DNA from: Bacteroidales bacterium
Lineage (GTDB): Bacteria; Bacteroidota; Bacteroidia; Bacteroidales; UBA4417
DNA: 64,000 nucleotides
Reading direction: 5' to 3'
NCBI GenBank assembly: GCA_038212135.1
Contig: JBBQUX010000002.1
Coordinates: 966-64,965, forward strand
Below are positions 1 through 11,400 of this stretch, in pieces. Below the pieces are notes generated by a model. It made no database searches and was not told the DNA's origin. It was given only the letters and a program-made list of their open reading frames with translations. The translations under genes were made by a program, and so were the position numbers. Numbering within the stretch: the first letter of the stretch is position 1; each line of letters begins with the position of its first letter.

Positions 1-3000
1 TGGATCCGGGTACGCCAAAATCCCACGACCATCCTGCTATGTTATCGCCCTGGGGGGGGATGCTCAGGTCAGTAAACTGTGTGGGGGCATCCTCGCATTT
101 TCCATCTGACATAAATGCCGAAACGGGGGCGGTACGGATAGCAAGAGGACGGGTGATGGTATTTCCGCAGCCTGCCGTATCATTTACGGTTAAGGTTACA
201 TTAAACGTTCCTGAAACCGTGTATTGATGTGTCGTATTTAGTGTGAATGCATGTGGGCTTCCATCGCCAAAATCCCATTCATACTGTTGTATGATCCCGG
301 TATTTGTCAGCACGGTATCGGTAAAAAGAGTGGTTAGGCTTCCCAGGCAGACCAGGCTGTCGTTGTAAAAATCAACGCCGGGTTTCGGGGTGATGGTAAG
401 GGTTTGCTGCACGGTATCAGCACATCCGCCCGTATTCTGGGTGATAAGTTTTACCGCGTACTGGCCAGGTTGTGCATAGTTGTGTATCGGGTTGGTGAAT
501 GTGGATGTATTCAGTATGCCGGATGCCGGATCGCCAAAATTCCACGTCCTTTGGGTAAGTGAGCTTCCCCCGTTCAGGCTGGTCATATCCGTAAACTGCG
601 TGCTTTGTCCCTGGCAGGTATTGGCATATCCGAAATCCGCTATGGGCGATGGCGAAATGCTTACCGTATGTTGTATAACATTTTCGCATCCCAGTGCCGA
701 ATATACTTGCAGGGTAACCTGGAAGGTTCCTGCCTGGGCGTATGCGTGTGCGAAAGAAGGTATGGAAGTGCTGTACGTGGTATCCGTGCCATCGCCAAAT
801 TCCCAGTGCCAGGTGGTGAGGCTTCCGCCGTTGGCATTGCTCAGATCGGTAAAGGTGATCATCTGTCCCGAACAGGCAGGCGTACTGCTGCTGAATGCGG
901 CCACCGGGGCAGGAACAACAATGACCGGTTTTACCCTGGTGTTGGTGCAGCCTGCTGTATCGGTGATCATTAATATCACATTGTATGTGCCGGAAGTACT
1001 GTAAATATGAATCGGGTCAGCAACAAACGAAGTGCCACCATCGCCAAACTGCCAGTAAAATCCCTGGGTGGTTGCCAGGTTCACCGCAGAAGTAAACTCG
1101 GTAGTATCGCCGTTGCAACCGGCTAACGGGGTGAAATCTACCGTGGGCGGCGGGCTTACCGTGACCAGGTGCGTGGTGGTATCGCTGCAGCCTCCCGGAA
1201 TTGTTGTTATTAAAGCCACCGTGTAGGTTCCGGGTGAATTGTAGGTATGAGTCGGATTCTGAAGCGTTGAGGTATTGGATGTGCCTGAGGTCGGGTCGCC
1301 GAAATTCCAGGTCCAGCTGCTGATGCTTCCCGTGGTATTGCTGATACTCTGATCGCTGAAGGGTACCGCGTTACCCTGGCAGGCGGCCCCTTGCATAAAG
1401 TCTGCCGTGGGTTTAGGCAATATGGTCACCACCCGGGTAAGCTGGTTGGTACAGCTGTCGTTGGTTTTTACCGTAAGGGTGACATTAAAAGTACCTGAGT
1501 TGGTGTATTGGTGGATAACATCCGGGCTGGCCGGGAAAATGAAGTTTTGTGTATTTCCATCGCCGAAATCCCAGGTCCAGCGGGCTACATAGCCTGATGC
1601 CGTGGTGCTGAAATCTGAGAAATTTACGGCATCGCCTTTACAGGTCGGGGTGCTGAAGCCGAAGTTTGCATCCGGCAACGGTGCAATGATCACCGGCTTC
1701 GAACGGGTATTGCTGCAACCTGCCGTGTCGGTAATTGTGAGGGTAACGGTATAGGTGCCTTGTGAAGTATAGGAATGCGTGGGTGCCTGCTGATTCGAAT
1801 TGCCCCCATCGCCAAAAGTCCAGTACCAGGTGGCAATAGTTGCAACTGCCATTCCTGCAGGTGCAAAGGCTGCCGGGTTATTGGCACAGGCACTCTGGGT
1901 GTTGAAATCGACAGAAGGATTGGGCTTGATCGTGATGCTCTTTGTGAGTGTATCCGAACAGGCATTGCCTGTGAAAGTGATCAGTTTTACGGTGTAGGTT
2001 CCAGGTGATGCAAAGCTATGCGTTGGGTTTTTCAGAATGCTGGTATTGCCGGTTCCCGAGGCGGGATCGCCAAAATTCCAGTTCCAGGTGCTGATGGTTT
2101 GGGTGCCGCTTACCGTGGACTGGTCGGTAAAACTTACCGGGTTACCTTCGCAATTGCCTGCTGAAATAAAAGCTGAAGTCGGGGCTCCAAGCATATTTAC
2201 AGGGCGGCTTTCGGAATGGGTGCAGCCTTCGCTGTTGGTGACCGCAAGCGTTACGCTGAATGTGCCGGCTCCGGCATAGCTGTGACTAACATTGGGATTG
2301 GAAGGGAAAAGGACGGTTTGAGTGTTTCCGTCGCCAAAGTTCCATATCCATTTATTGATAAATCCGGTCGGGGATGTACTTTGATTGGCAAAAGCAACCG
2401 CCTGACCCTGGCAGTTATCGGCAGTGGTACTGAAATGGGATACCGGTGGCGGATTCACCGTAATGGGGCGGGAGAATGCACCTTCGCAGCCGGCAGTATC
2501 GGTGATGGTTAAAGTTACCGCGTAGGTTCCGGGTGCCAGGTAAGTATGTGTTGTATTGCGGCTTCCGGAAGTAAAGCCATCGCCAAAGTTCCAGTTGTAG
2601 GTAGCTGTGGCTGCAATATTGATCAGCGTACTGTCGGCAAGGAACTGCGTCGGGCTGCTCAGGCAGCCGGGGCTGCTGAAAAAGTTGGAAAGGGGTTTCG
2701 CTTTTACGTTCACGGTCTTCTGAATGGTGTCCTTGCAGCCATTCAGGTTGGTGACTATTAATGTAACTAAATAAACTCCTGAACCGGAATAGCTATGAAC
2801 CGGGTTCTGAAGGCCGGAGAAATTATTTGTTCCTGATCCGGGGTCACCAAAATTCCAGTTCCAGTCAGTTACCTGCCCTCCGCCGTTCAGGTCAGTAAAA
2901 TCAGTAAAAACAGCTGCATCATCCTGGCACCCTGACAGAAAGGTAAAATCAGCAACAGGGGGTTTGGTCACATTAACGGTAGTAGTATATGTATCACTGC

Positions 3001-6000
3001 AATTGCGGGAATTCATCACCGAAAGTGTAATCACATAAGTACCTTCATTCACATAATCATGGGTAACATTCGGGCTGTCAGGGAAATCGATTGTATCTGC
3101 AAGTGATCCATCATCAAACGTCCATATCCATTGATTAATATATCCCTGTCCTCCCCCAGGATTGGTACTCAGATCAGTTAATGAAACAGGAGAACCTAAA
3201 CAATTGGGAGTATCGTAACTGAAGAAAGAAACAGGGTGCGGCCTGACCTCAACCTGGTGCGATACTGAATAAAGACAATTATTTGTGTCGCCTACAGAAA
3301 GGATTACAGTATAAATCCCTGGAGTGGGATAAAGGTGATTGGGATTAGTGGGAGCATTATAGGTTTCAAATTTACCATCTCCATAACTCCATTGCCAGAA
3401 TGATGTAGAATTTATATAATCGCCTGTGACAGAAAAAGTCGTCGTATCACCAAGACAAGGAACCGATGCAGTAAAATCAGTTACCGGAATAGGGTTCATG
3501 ATCACATTCAACGTATCGTTCATCATAGCCTCACAACTCCCGGCCGGGTTAATACCCCGTATATAATATTGACCCGGAACATTCACAATCCCGAAATCCA
3601 AAGAATTCCCGGTTCCAGGCCTCGAAGTTCCTGTATTCAGGCCATTTTGCCAGAGTTCATAATTCATTCCTACCTGCGACCCGTTAAGTCCGACAGTTAC
3701 ACCTGCAGTCCCTTCACAAAAAACGCCATCATTCGAAACGGTGGCAGTAAATTTATCAGGCAATGGAAATACTGTTATGGAAACAAGACCGTCAATTGAA
3801 TCGGCAGGAGCAGTACAATTAACATCGTTTGCGGCAGTAATCCACCAGTTTGTAGTTAATGCCGGATTAACATTGAACGTGTAAGGTGAGGTTAAAATAT
3901 TATTTACAGTAACCGGCGAAGTCCCATTTGAATAGGTTACACTCCAGGGAGGTGTTCCTGTAAGATGAATGGAAACCGTTGTTGTTGCTCCTTCACAAAT
4001 GGAAGTAGTACCTGTAATATTGGCACCCGGGTCGGGATGTACAGTCAGCCAAAGAAAGTCAGCTCCAACAATACTTTTACATCCGGCCAGATCGAGGGTC
4101 AGTACAACATTTTTTCCGACATCAGTAGGACCCGGTATATAGGTAGGATTCAACGCACCGGCATTGCTGAATGTACCATCGCCTGAAGTGATCCAGTTGA
4201 TAATTGATTGGAACTGCCCTGTTGCATTGAGCTGGTAGGGATTGCGCCCACAGGTTTCATCATCCGGGCCGGCATTGCTTACCGGTGTCGGGTCTATTTT
4301 AAGAACAACCTGATCGTTGATAAACACTCCACCACAATTTCCATTTCCCTGCAGAGTAAGCGTAAAGGTGATGTTCCGGTTCACCGTGCTGAGATCAACA
4401 GGACCGGCATGGTATATGGGGTTTATTACATTGGGATTGCTAAGGAATCCATCGCCACCTGAAAATGTCCATTGGATATTGCCTGTATTATAGTTGTTTC
4501 CGATTCCGTTAAACTGGTACTGGGTAACATTGCTGCAGATGTAATCATCAGTGCCTGCATTTACAACCGGATAGGCCGAAACGCTCATTACCTTCGAATC
4601 AACAACATTTTCGGTAGCACATGCCAATCGACCGAATGCACGTAATGTAAGAGTTACGGTACCATTGTTGAAATCAATATTGCCGGGCATATAGGTTGGT
4701 GAAAGAATTGCTGTATTATTGTAACTTCCATCCCCTGATGTTATCCATTGCAGGGAAGAATAATGTACAGCCGAAGTACCTGCCAGTGCTATGGGTGCAG
4801 TTACACAGAAAGCATCGTCCGGCCCGGCACTAATAGCGGGCATGGGATCAATAGTGAGGAAAAGCTGATCCACATCATTAACACTTGAACATGCACCGCT
4901 GCCTCCGCCGGTTATTGTAAGTAATACATTTCCGGAAAGGATATCATTAGTACCCGGAATATAAGTGGTTGCCAATCCTGCAGGATTAACAAAAGCACCA
5001 TCACCGGAAGTAGTCCAAAGTACTGCTGAAGTGTACTGCTCAATTCCGGCGACAGGAAATGTGCTGGCTGCGCATATGGTTGCATCAGCTCCTGCATGAA
5101 CTTCAGGTAAAGGATTTATTGTAAGTGTCCGCACACTGACAGCTACCTCAGCCGAACATGTATTTGTGCCATGAACAGTAAGTGTAAGAGTTACCGTTCC
5201 CGTTTCGCCCGTAAGCGGGATGTAGGTTGGTGTAAGCGTATTGGCATTAACCAGCGAACCAGGACCATCTTCGGTCCAGCCAACGGAATTATAGAACTGA
5301 GCCAAAGCACCTGTTACAGGGTAATTATTTCCCTGACACGAAGGGTCCGATGGCCCTGCAACCGCTACCGGCAAAGGATGAATGGTAATCTGCATCTGGT
5401 CAATCACAGCACCACAAGGAGAAATAGGATCACCAGTTAAGGTAAATGTTACAACTCCACTTTCTCCTGCTCCGGGAATATATGTTGGGGTGATTGTATT
5501 TGAATCGGCAAGAACTCCTGTTCCATTGTGAGCCCAGTTTACAGAAGTGGAGTGCAAATGACTGGCTCCGGTGACCGGGAAAGTCGCATTCTGGCAAACT
5601 ATTCCATCCGGACCGGCATCAACAATAACCTGCCGGGAAATATTCAACACCACCGAATTGGAAGCAGCCGAACAGGCAGTAAGCCCGGTAGCTGTTAGTG
5701 TTAAAGTAACATTTCCGGCTATGATATCTGCTGAACCTGGCGTATAAACTGGATTAAGAATAGTTGCATTATCAAAATTACCTGTTCCTGATTTTGTCCA
5801 AAGCAACGAGGAAGCATTATCAGCCACTGCGCCAGCTAATGTAAAGGTGCTGCCTTCGCAGATTGTGGCTGTTGGTCCTGCATTGGCAGTAGCTGGCGGA
5901 TTTACTGTGAGCGTAAATTGCCGGGTAATACTCCCGCACAAGGAATCCCCATTTGCCGTAAGAGTAAATACTACTGCTCCTGTTTCACCTGTTCCCGGTT

Positions 6001-8206
6001 GGTAAGTGGGTGTTAAAGTTATTGCACCAGTAAGCGTTCCGGTTCCGGAAGTTGTCCATAACAATGAGCTGTAATGATCAGCAACCGCTGATGAAACTGT
6101 AAATGTACCTGTTTGGCAAACTATATTATCCGAACCTGCTGAAGCAGTAACCATTGGTAAAATGTGAATAGTAATCTGGTCGGCAACCGGGCTGCATGTT
6201 GACAGGCCGGCAACATTAAGTGAAAGAATCACATCACCTGTTTCAGCGGCGGCAGGCGTGTAAGTAGGTGAGAGTGTACCGGCATCGGTAAGTATCCCAA
6301 AACCACTGATAACCTGCCAGGAATATGATGCTTCATTCGATACCGATGCTCCCGAAACAGTAATTGCCTGCCCCTGGCAAATAGTGGTATCATTTCCTGA
6401 ATGGGCAACAGGTACCGGGGCAATATTTACATTGTATGTAGTTGGCGTTACAGGTGGACAATTTGAAGGTGCCGCACCCAGGTATGTAACGGTAACTGAT
6501 TGTGGACCGGGTGTAATCCAGTTTATTGTGATGGAGTTAGTTCCCTGCCCGGATGTAATTGAGCCACCCGCTGATACCGTCCAGACGTAACTTTGTTTAC
6601 CAGTCTGTGTGGTGTAACTATTTCCCATGCTCCCGGCGCAAAGATCATTACTACCTGTGATTACCGGAACGGGCAATGGGTCGAGCACAACCGAAACTGA
6701 ACCAGAAACCGTACCCGGGCAGGCAAAATTCGATACCGAAATGAGGCTATAGGTGCCGGCTGTGCCTGTTGTTATCACAAAGGGAATTGGTCCGCTGTAA
6801 TTAGTTACCGGAGTCTGTGGAATGCCATTAAATGCATAGGTAAAATCAAAGGGGCCGACTCCTATAATATCAATCAGCACATTCGCAGTTGAAGTGCCGT
6901 CATCACAAATATTTCCGCCACCGGTAATGCTGCCGATAGGGCAAATGGACGAAGGAGCATTGTAAGTATCATTGAACGTGCACGATGCATCTGCTGTAAA
7001 TTCAGCCTTAAGCGTATGAGTTGAGCCATCGCAAGTGATATTTGTAAAAGAATAAGGCTGCGGACTATCAAACGGGGCAGAAAAAGTCTGGGAAACAGGT
7101 GGTATTGCAGAAAGATCGGTAACTGTGAGCGTTCCGGTAGCGGGAGCATTGGTAAATTCAATATTACCCGATACTGAAAACTCATTGGTAGCAGCATTGC
7201 ATGCACTAGTTGTGGCTGTTATAGCTAAAACTGAACAATTAACTACAATATCGCAGTTTGTAGTTGCTGAGCCCGGATTACCAAAGTTCGTTTGAGAGAA
7301 TGATATTTCACAAGACTTATCTGAAAAATTGGTAATCATTAATATATAAAAATCACCTTCTACAGCATTAATTATATCACAAGTTTCTGTTGATGCTCCA
7401 GAATAACTACAATCAACAATTTTACTTGAGGTAAGTCCTGCAACACACGCACCTGTTGGTGAAGAAAAAGGCCCCCAACAAATATAATCAATATCAAAAG
7501 ATGGTGAACTCCACATATCTATCACAATATTTCCTCCTGGTGGTCCTACCTGCATAAAGAACCAAGTTGGATTGGGTTGAGTTGACAAGCAGCCATAAGC
7601 TGGACCTGGTTGTGCAGGTAAACCGTTTACAGGAGGGGTAGGTGGCACCCAGGTAGCATTAAAAGAATATGCAGAAGAACCGCAAAAAACCGATGCGTCT
7701 TCACAGAGGCTTGCTGATTCCAGAGGGCTGTCACTTTCATAGTATTCTTTCCATAAAATACTATTGTCAATTATTATTTTATGTTCACTGATGAAATTCT
7801 GCTTTTCAATCTGAGAGTATAATAATTCTTCCTCAAGGGCTTTCTGAAAAATAGCTGAGATCTGATTAATAGTTGATTCTATAATCTCCGTTTGAATTAA
7901 AAATAATGCAGAATCAGTATTGTAGTCACTTTTGTTACTAATGTAAAAATGATTTTTAAAGGCTAAATCGTAAAAGTAGCATTTCTGAAATTCAGTTTCT
8001 AACATTGAGAGTCTGACCCAAAAATAGTCGTACTTAGGCAATGAATGCGAATAAGAAATGAAACCATTTGAGGATTTTGAGATATTAGATATTGAATTAT
8101 TTTGCCCTAAGAATGATAATTTGGGTAAAAATAATTGGCTACTTTGACTTTTAACATCAAGTGAAAAAAAGTAAACAAATATTAACGCAAGAAGACTTAT
8201 TCTCAT
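1..8206 (-). CDS. Giant secreted cell-surface adhesin-like protein, 3-prime end truncated by the window edge (>2735 aa). It has a signal peptide, a Cys-rich N-terminal domain, about 9 Ig-like repeats and at least 14 PKD domains.
   Basis: The minus frame starting at ATG 8204-8206 appears stop-free to position 1: segments I translated are open and the track lists no ORF in that frame. It is absent from the ORF track because it never terminates. The N-terminus MRISLLALIFVYFFSLDVKSQ is signal-like. My translation of the left end reads QYEWDFGDGSPH...TVNDTAGC...WSWDFGVPGS, which are PKD hallmarks. Confidence 0.85.
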   Translation of the reverse strand, partial: MRISLLALIFVYFFSLDVKSQSSQLFLPKLSFLGQNNSISNISKSSNGFISYSHSLPKYDYFWVRLSMLETEFQKCYFYDLAFKNHFYISNKSDYNTDSALFLIQTEIIESTINQISAIFQKALEEELLYSQIEKQNFISEHKIIIDNSILWKEYYESDSPLESASLCEDASVFCGSSAYSFNATWVPPTPPVNGLPAQPGPAYGCLSTQPNPTWFFMQVGPPGGNIVIDMWSSPSFDIDYICWGPFSSPTGACVAGLTSSKIVDCSYSGASTETCDIINAVEGDFYILMITNFSDKSCEISFSQTNFGNPGSATTNCDIVVNCSVLAITATTSACNAATNEFSVSGNIEFTNAPATGTLTVTDLSAIPPVSQTFSAPFDSPQPYSFTNITCDGSTHTLKAEFTADASCTFNDTYNAPSSICPIGSITGGGNICDDGTSTANVLIDIIGVGPFDFTYAFNGIPQTPVTNYSGPIPFVITTGTAGTYSLISVSNFACPGTVSGSVSVVLDPLPVPVITGSNDLCAGSMGNSYTTQTGKQSYVWTVSAGGSITSGQGTNSITINWITPGPQSVTVTYLGAAPSNCPPVTPTTYNVNIAPVPVAHSGNDTTICQGQAITVSGASVSNEASYSWQVISGFGILTDAGTLSPTYTPAAAETGDVILSLNVAGLSTCSPVADQITIHILPMVTASAGSDNIVCQTGTFTVSSAVADHYSSLLWTTSGTGTLTGAITLTPTYQPGTGETGAVVFTLTANGDSLCGSITRQFTLTVNPPATANAGPTATICEGSTFTLAGAVADNASSLLWTKSGTGNFDNATILNPVYTPGSADIIAGNVTLTLTATGLTACSAASNSVVLNISRQVIVDAGPDGIVCQNATFPVTGASHLHSTSVNWAHNGTGVLADSNTITPTYIPGAGESGVVTFTLTGDPISPCGAVIDQMQITIHPLPVAVAGPSDPSCQGNNYPVTGALAQFYNSVGWTEDGPGSLVNANTLTPTYIPLTGETGTVTLTLTVHGTNTCSAEVAVSVRTLTINPLPEVHAGADATICAASTFPVAGIEQYTSAVLWTTSGDGAFVNPAGLATTYIPGTNDILSGNVLLTITGGGSGACSSVNDVDQLFLTIDPMPAISAGPDDAFCVTAPIALAGTSAVHYSSLQWITSGDGSYNNTAILSPTYMPGNIDFNNGTVTLTLRAFGRLACATENVVDSKVMSVSAYPVVNAGTDDYICSNVTQYQFNGIGNNYNTGNIQWTFSGGDGFLSNPNVINPIYHAGPVDLSTVNRNITFTLTLQGNGNCGGVFINDQVVLKIDPTPVSNAGPDDETCGRNPYQLNATGQFQSIINWITSGDGTFSNAGALNPTYIPGPTDVGKNVVLTLDLAGCKSIVGADFLWLTVHPDPGANITGTTSICEGATTTVSIHLTGTPPWSVTYSNGTSPVTVNNILTSPYTFNVNPALTTNWWITAANDVNCTAPADSIDGLVSITVFPLPDKFTATVSNDGVFCEGTAGVTVGLNGSQVGMNYELWQNGLNTGTSRPGTGNSLDFGIVNVPGQYYIRGINPAGSCEAMMNDTLNVIMNPIPVTDFTASVPCLGDTTTFSVTGDYINSTSFWQWSYGDGKFETYNAPTNPNHLYPTPGIYTVILSVGDTNNCLYSVSHQVEVRPHPVSFFSYDTPNCLGSPVSLTDLSTNPGGGQGYINQWIWTFDDGSLADTIDFPDSPNVTHDYVNEGTYVITLSVMNSRNCSDTYTTTVNVTKPPVADFTFLSGCQDDAAVFTDFTDLNGGGQVTDWNWNFGDPGSGTNNFSGLQNPVHSYSGSGVYLVTLIVTNLNGCKDTIQKTVNVKAKPLSNFFSSPGCLSSPTQFLADSTLINIAATATYNWNFGDGFTSGSRNTTHTYLAPGTYAVTLTITDTAGCEGAFSRPITVNPPPVSHFSTTADNCQGQAVAFANQSTSPTGFINKWIWNFGDGNTQTVLFPSNPNVSHSYAGAGTFSVTLAVTNSEGCTHSESRPVNMLGAPTSAFISAGNCEGNPVSFTDQSTVSGTQTISTWNWNFGDPASGTGNTSILKNPTHSFASPGTYTVKLITFTGNACSDTLTKSITIKPNPSVDFNTQSACANNPAAFAPAGMAVATIATWYWTFGDGGNSNQQAPTHSYTSQGTYTVTLTITDTAGCSNTRSKPVIIAPLPDANFGFSTPTCKGDAVNFSDFSTTASGYVARWTWDFGDGNTQNFIFPASPDVIHQYTNSGTFNVTLTVKTNDSCTNQLTRVVTILPKPTADFMQGAACQGNAVPFSDQSISNTTGSISSWTWNFGDPTSGTSNTSTLQNPTHTYNSPGTYTVALITTIPGGCSDTTTHLVTVSPPPTVDFTPLAGCNGDTTEFTSAVNLATTQGFYWQFGDGGTSFVADPIHIYSTSGTYNVILMITDTAGCTNTRVKPVIVVPAPVAAFSSSTPACSGQMITFTDLSNANGGSLTTWHWEFGDGTDTTYSTSIPSFAHAYAQAGTFQVTLQVYSALGCENVIQHTVSISPSPIADFGYANTCQGQSTQFTDMTSLNGGSSLTQRTWNFGDPASGILNTSTFTNPIHNYAQPGQYAVKLITQNTGGCADTVQQTLTITPKPGVDFYNDSLVCLGSLTTLFTDTVLTNTGIIQQYEWDFGDGSPHAFTLNTTHQYTVSGTFNVTLTVNDTAGCGNTITRPLAIRTAPVSAFMSDGKCEDAPTQFTDLSIPPQGDNIAGWSWDFGVPGS
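14..3400 (-). repeat. Intragenic tandem array of 14 PKD-domain coding units, period about 250-270 bp.
   Basis: The complement of W-x-F-G-D-G (for example CCATCGCCAAAATCCCA) recurs near 20, 265, 533, 792, 1041, 1297, 1559, 1808, 2067, 2329, 2579, 2837, 3108 and 3375. Confidence 0.85.
4035..6420 (-). repeat. Intragenic tandem array of about 9 copies of an ~86-aa Cys-containing Ig-like unit.
   Basis: Translated units share the pattern AG(P/S/A)D..(I/V)C....F.(V/L).G......S..W(T/I)(T/K)SG(D/T)G.F.......PTY.PG..(D/E)...G.V.LTLT. Two units were checked codon by codon: 5761-5940 gives NAGPTATICEGSTFTLAGAVADNASSLLWTKSGTGNFDNAT. Confidence 0.75.
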
Positions 8207-8302
8207 TTTATTGATTAAAAGACTTGAAGAAACAACATCAAAAACGTTCGTAAAATTAGTATTTAATTGTTAGATAGATAAAAACATAACTAATTTTAAA
8301 AT

Positions 8303-8337
8303 AAAAATCCCCGATGGAATAAACCATCAGGGATTTT
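8303..8337 (-). terminator. Intrinsic terminator downstream of the FG-GAP/T9SS gene.
   Basis: On the minus strand AAAATCCCTGATGG-TTTATT-CCATCGGGGATTTTTATTTT forms an ~11 bp stem with one G-U-type mismatch, followed by a T-run. It lies about 70 nt after the stop at 8408. Confidence 0.6.
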
Positions 8338-8407
8338 ATCCTATTAATTAGTGTAAAGTATAACAAACTATTATTTAAGTTGATATTTAACAGATTAAAA
8401 AAATTAA

Positions 8408-11400
8408 TTATTTCTTTATCACCTTAAATGTTTCTGAATCAGAGACACAGTCTGTAAATCTAAAAAAATAGACACCTATTGGAAGTTTTGAAATGTCAAT
8501 TTCTATATTGCTATCATTTTGAATCTTGGCCAGTTTTTCCAAGACTTTTTGCCCGAAGCTGTTAAACCCTTCAATTTTAATACTCTTAAAATTATCCTTG
8601 CTCATTGTGCTTACATAGAGTATATCTTTCGCAGGATTTGGGAAAACTTCAAACGCCTTATTTATCTCATTAGGCAAATTCAAACTGCTATAATCTATAT
8701 TAAAACTTTTACTAACTGGACAAACACCAAATGCACCATTAGCTGTATTAAAACTATTAATAATAAAATCATTATTATGAGTGAAATCAGCTGCTACGAA
8801 GTACCCATAAGAAGGATTACTTCTTGTTGATGGGCGAATACAACTTAAATATGGGGTATTTTGAGTCCATTTAATATCATTAGGAGGTGAAATTAGCATA
8901 TCTACTTTTCGGAATTTATCTGGAAAATCATCAATTGTAACTTTTCTGAAATAAACCATATTATCAACAGCACTCATGCCCTGAATATCTTTATGTGGTG
9001 CTTCTATGCTTTTTTTGTAATTAAATTTCATAATGCCACCAGCATTCTCAAACTTATATCCTCTGATAGCCATACTAGTAAGAAATGTAGGATCACCTAT
9101 TATTTCGTAAAACATACTAGAACCTCCACTATTAAATGAAATCAAAGAAGTGCTTAGATATAGTGATTTATCATAATTATTAATTAATGCTCCAGTTGCC
9201 GGGTTAATTTCATAAACTTTACCAGGATATGTAGATGTTTGAATAAATATTCTATTATTCTCATCAATTGTAATATAGCAAATTGCTCCCTGATAATCCT
9301 GTTGACACCATAGCAATGCTCCTGTCACTTTATCTATTTTTAGAAGAAAATTTCCAGGTAAGTAAGTATGCCCTGATAACGAAAATCCACTCATTGTTGC
9401 TCCCATTATATATACTGCATTATCTGATAAACTCATATCAAAAAAACTAGCTTGAAGGCCATTACCATCTAAAATTACAGTATTCCACTTTATACTTCCA
9501 GATGGATCAAACTTTACAACATAAATTGACTGATTCCAATACGAAGTATTTGTAATTCCCCTTATTTCGGTATAGTCTTCGAATATAACTTTATTTTTAA
9601 AATTTTGTGCTAAGTATGTATTGTCTTGATTATCTGTAAATAAAACATGACACGAAACTGGATTAATAGTACTATTTGAATTTGACCCACAATCCATCAA
9701 ATGCGACCATTGAGTATATCCTTTATTATTTAATTTACAAATAAATTGCTTAAATCCTGATTGCGGATGAGTTCTCGAATATCCATTCGATATTGTAAGA
9801 ACATTTGTTTCAATAAAACCAGTTAAAGCAATTGCTCCGGTTGAAGATGGTTTATTTGCAATTGCAATACTACGCATTGCAGAATTTTTTAAAGGAATAG
9901 AAGTTGGATTTTCTATACCATCAATATAAACCGGATATTGACATGGGCATGTAGGCAAAATAGTAATAGTAACCTGGTCATTTAATGATGAACACCCGGA
10001 AATTTGATCCTTAACCTCAAGATAGTAAGTAGTTGTTGCAGTAGGTGTTACGCTAAAGTTGCTTAAAGTACTGACCTGGCCAATATTTGTAGTCCATTTA
10101 TAATTATAAGGAGGAACACCACCAATTGCTGTAGGATAACCACCAATTGTCACTGCATCCCCTGGACAAATAGTTCGATTATCACCTGCATTTATTATTA
10201 ATGAAGTACCTCTTTTATGAAAACAAATTGCTGCATTATTTGTAATTTCGTTTTTTAAAGGGGAATAGAAAGTATGAGGGTCTCCAACAATACTGGATAA
10301 ACCATTAACTGCCACATCCCTACCAAAATTAGCTGAATATTCATTATAGCAAGAATATTTTTCTTTTTGAAAGAACTCCCAATCTGAATTATAGTAATAG
10401 TAATAATAAACAGATCCTTTACTATTACCATTTTTTTCATTTGGTGCTCCAATAACAAGTGATTCATTATCAAAGCATAATGACCATCCAAATTCATCCC
10501 CGTAAATTCCAGGGTTATCTCCCATAAGCGTATTATAGAGATCAAAAGAATTATATGTATTCAGATTATAACAAAATACTTTTCCGGTACTAGGTCGATA
10601 ACCGGTTACACAAGTTGCACCAACCAACAGGTTATTATTAAAAAGCATTAATGATCTTCCCATATTTCCAGATTTTTTAGGGTCTGGAGAGTTGATTATC
10701 TGTTGTTGAGAGGCTGAATTTGTAAGAAAACTATATGAATAAATGTAAACAGATCCCGCGTCAGTATAGGAATTATTATCAGAACCTAAAGCTGATACTG
10801 CTATTAAATTACCATCTGTACTTACTTCACTTCCGAATCTATCACCTAACAAACCATTCGATGATGTAATTTTTTGTTTTTCTATCCATGTACCTCCAAT
10901 TTTTTCGAAAATATAGGCTGCACCAGTATAAACTCCAACCATATTTTCTTTATTGAATGCACCCACAATTGCCAAATTGTTTCTTACAGAAATTGAACAA
11001 CCAAAATTATCTATTCCATCTCGATCGGTTGCCCAAAGAATAGAGTTATAAGTGACTTTCCCTGTTAAAATGTCTAAATCATATATATACACTGCTCCGC
11101 AATCTGGACTCAGTAAATCATCCTTGATCCTTGCTCCAACAAAAACTTGATTATTATTTATGCAAACAGATGTTCCAAAATCTGTATTAAGTTCAGATTG
11201 AATCATATCTGTCTGAACCCACTCACCTTGGTCTAATTTGAAAACATATATTCTATCTGAAGTTGCATCTCCGGCAACAGCAAACTGGCCAGAAAGGCAT
11301 ACAGCATCTCCTAATCCAGAAAATGTATTACCAGTAGGATCCTCAAATTTCTTTACTCTGTACCAGTTTTGAGAAACCAAATTAAGTGAAAAAAAAATTA

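Noticed and set aside
417-7206. Numerous 60-175-aa ORFs on both strands inside 1-8206 (for example 480-1004+, 605-973+, 6874-7206-).
   Set aside because: All are out of frame with, or antisense to, the uninterrupted PKD-repeat reading frame. They are by-products of the repetitive Gly/Thr/Pro-rich coding sequence.
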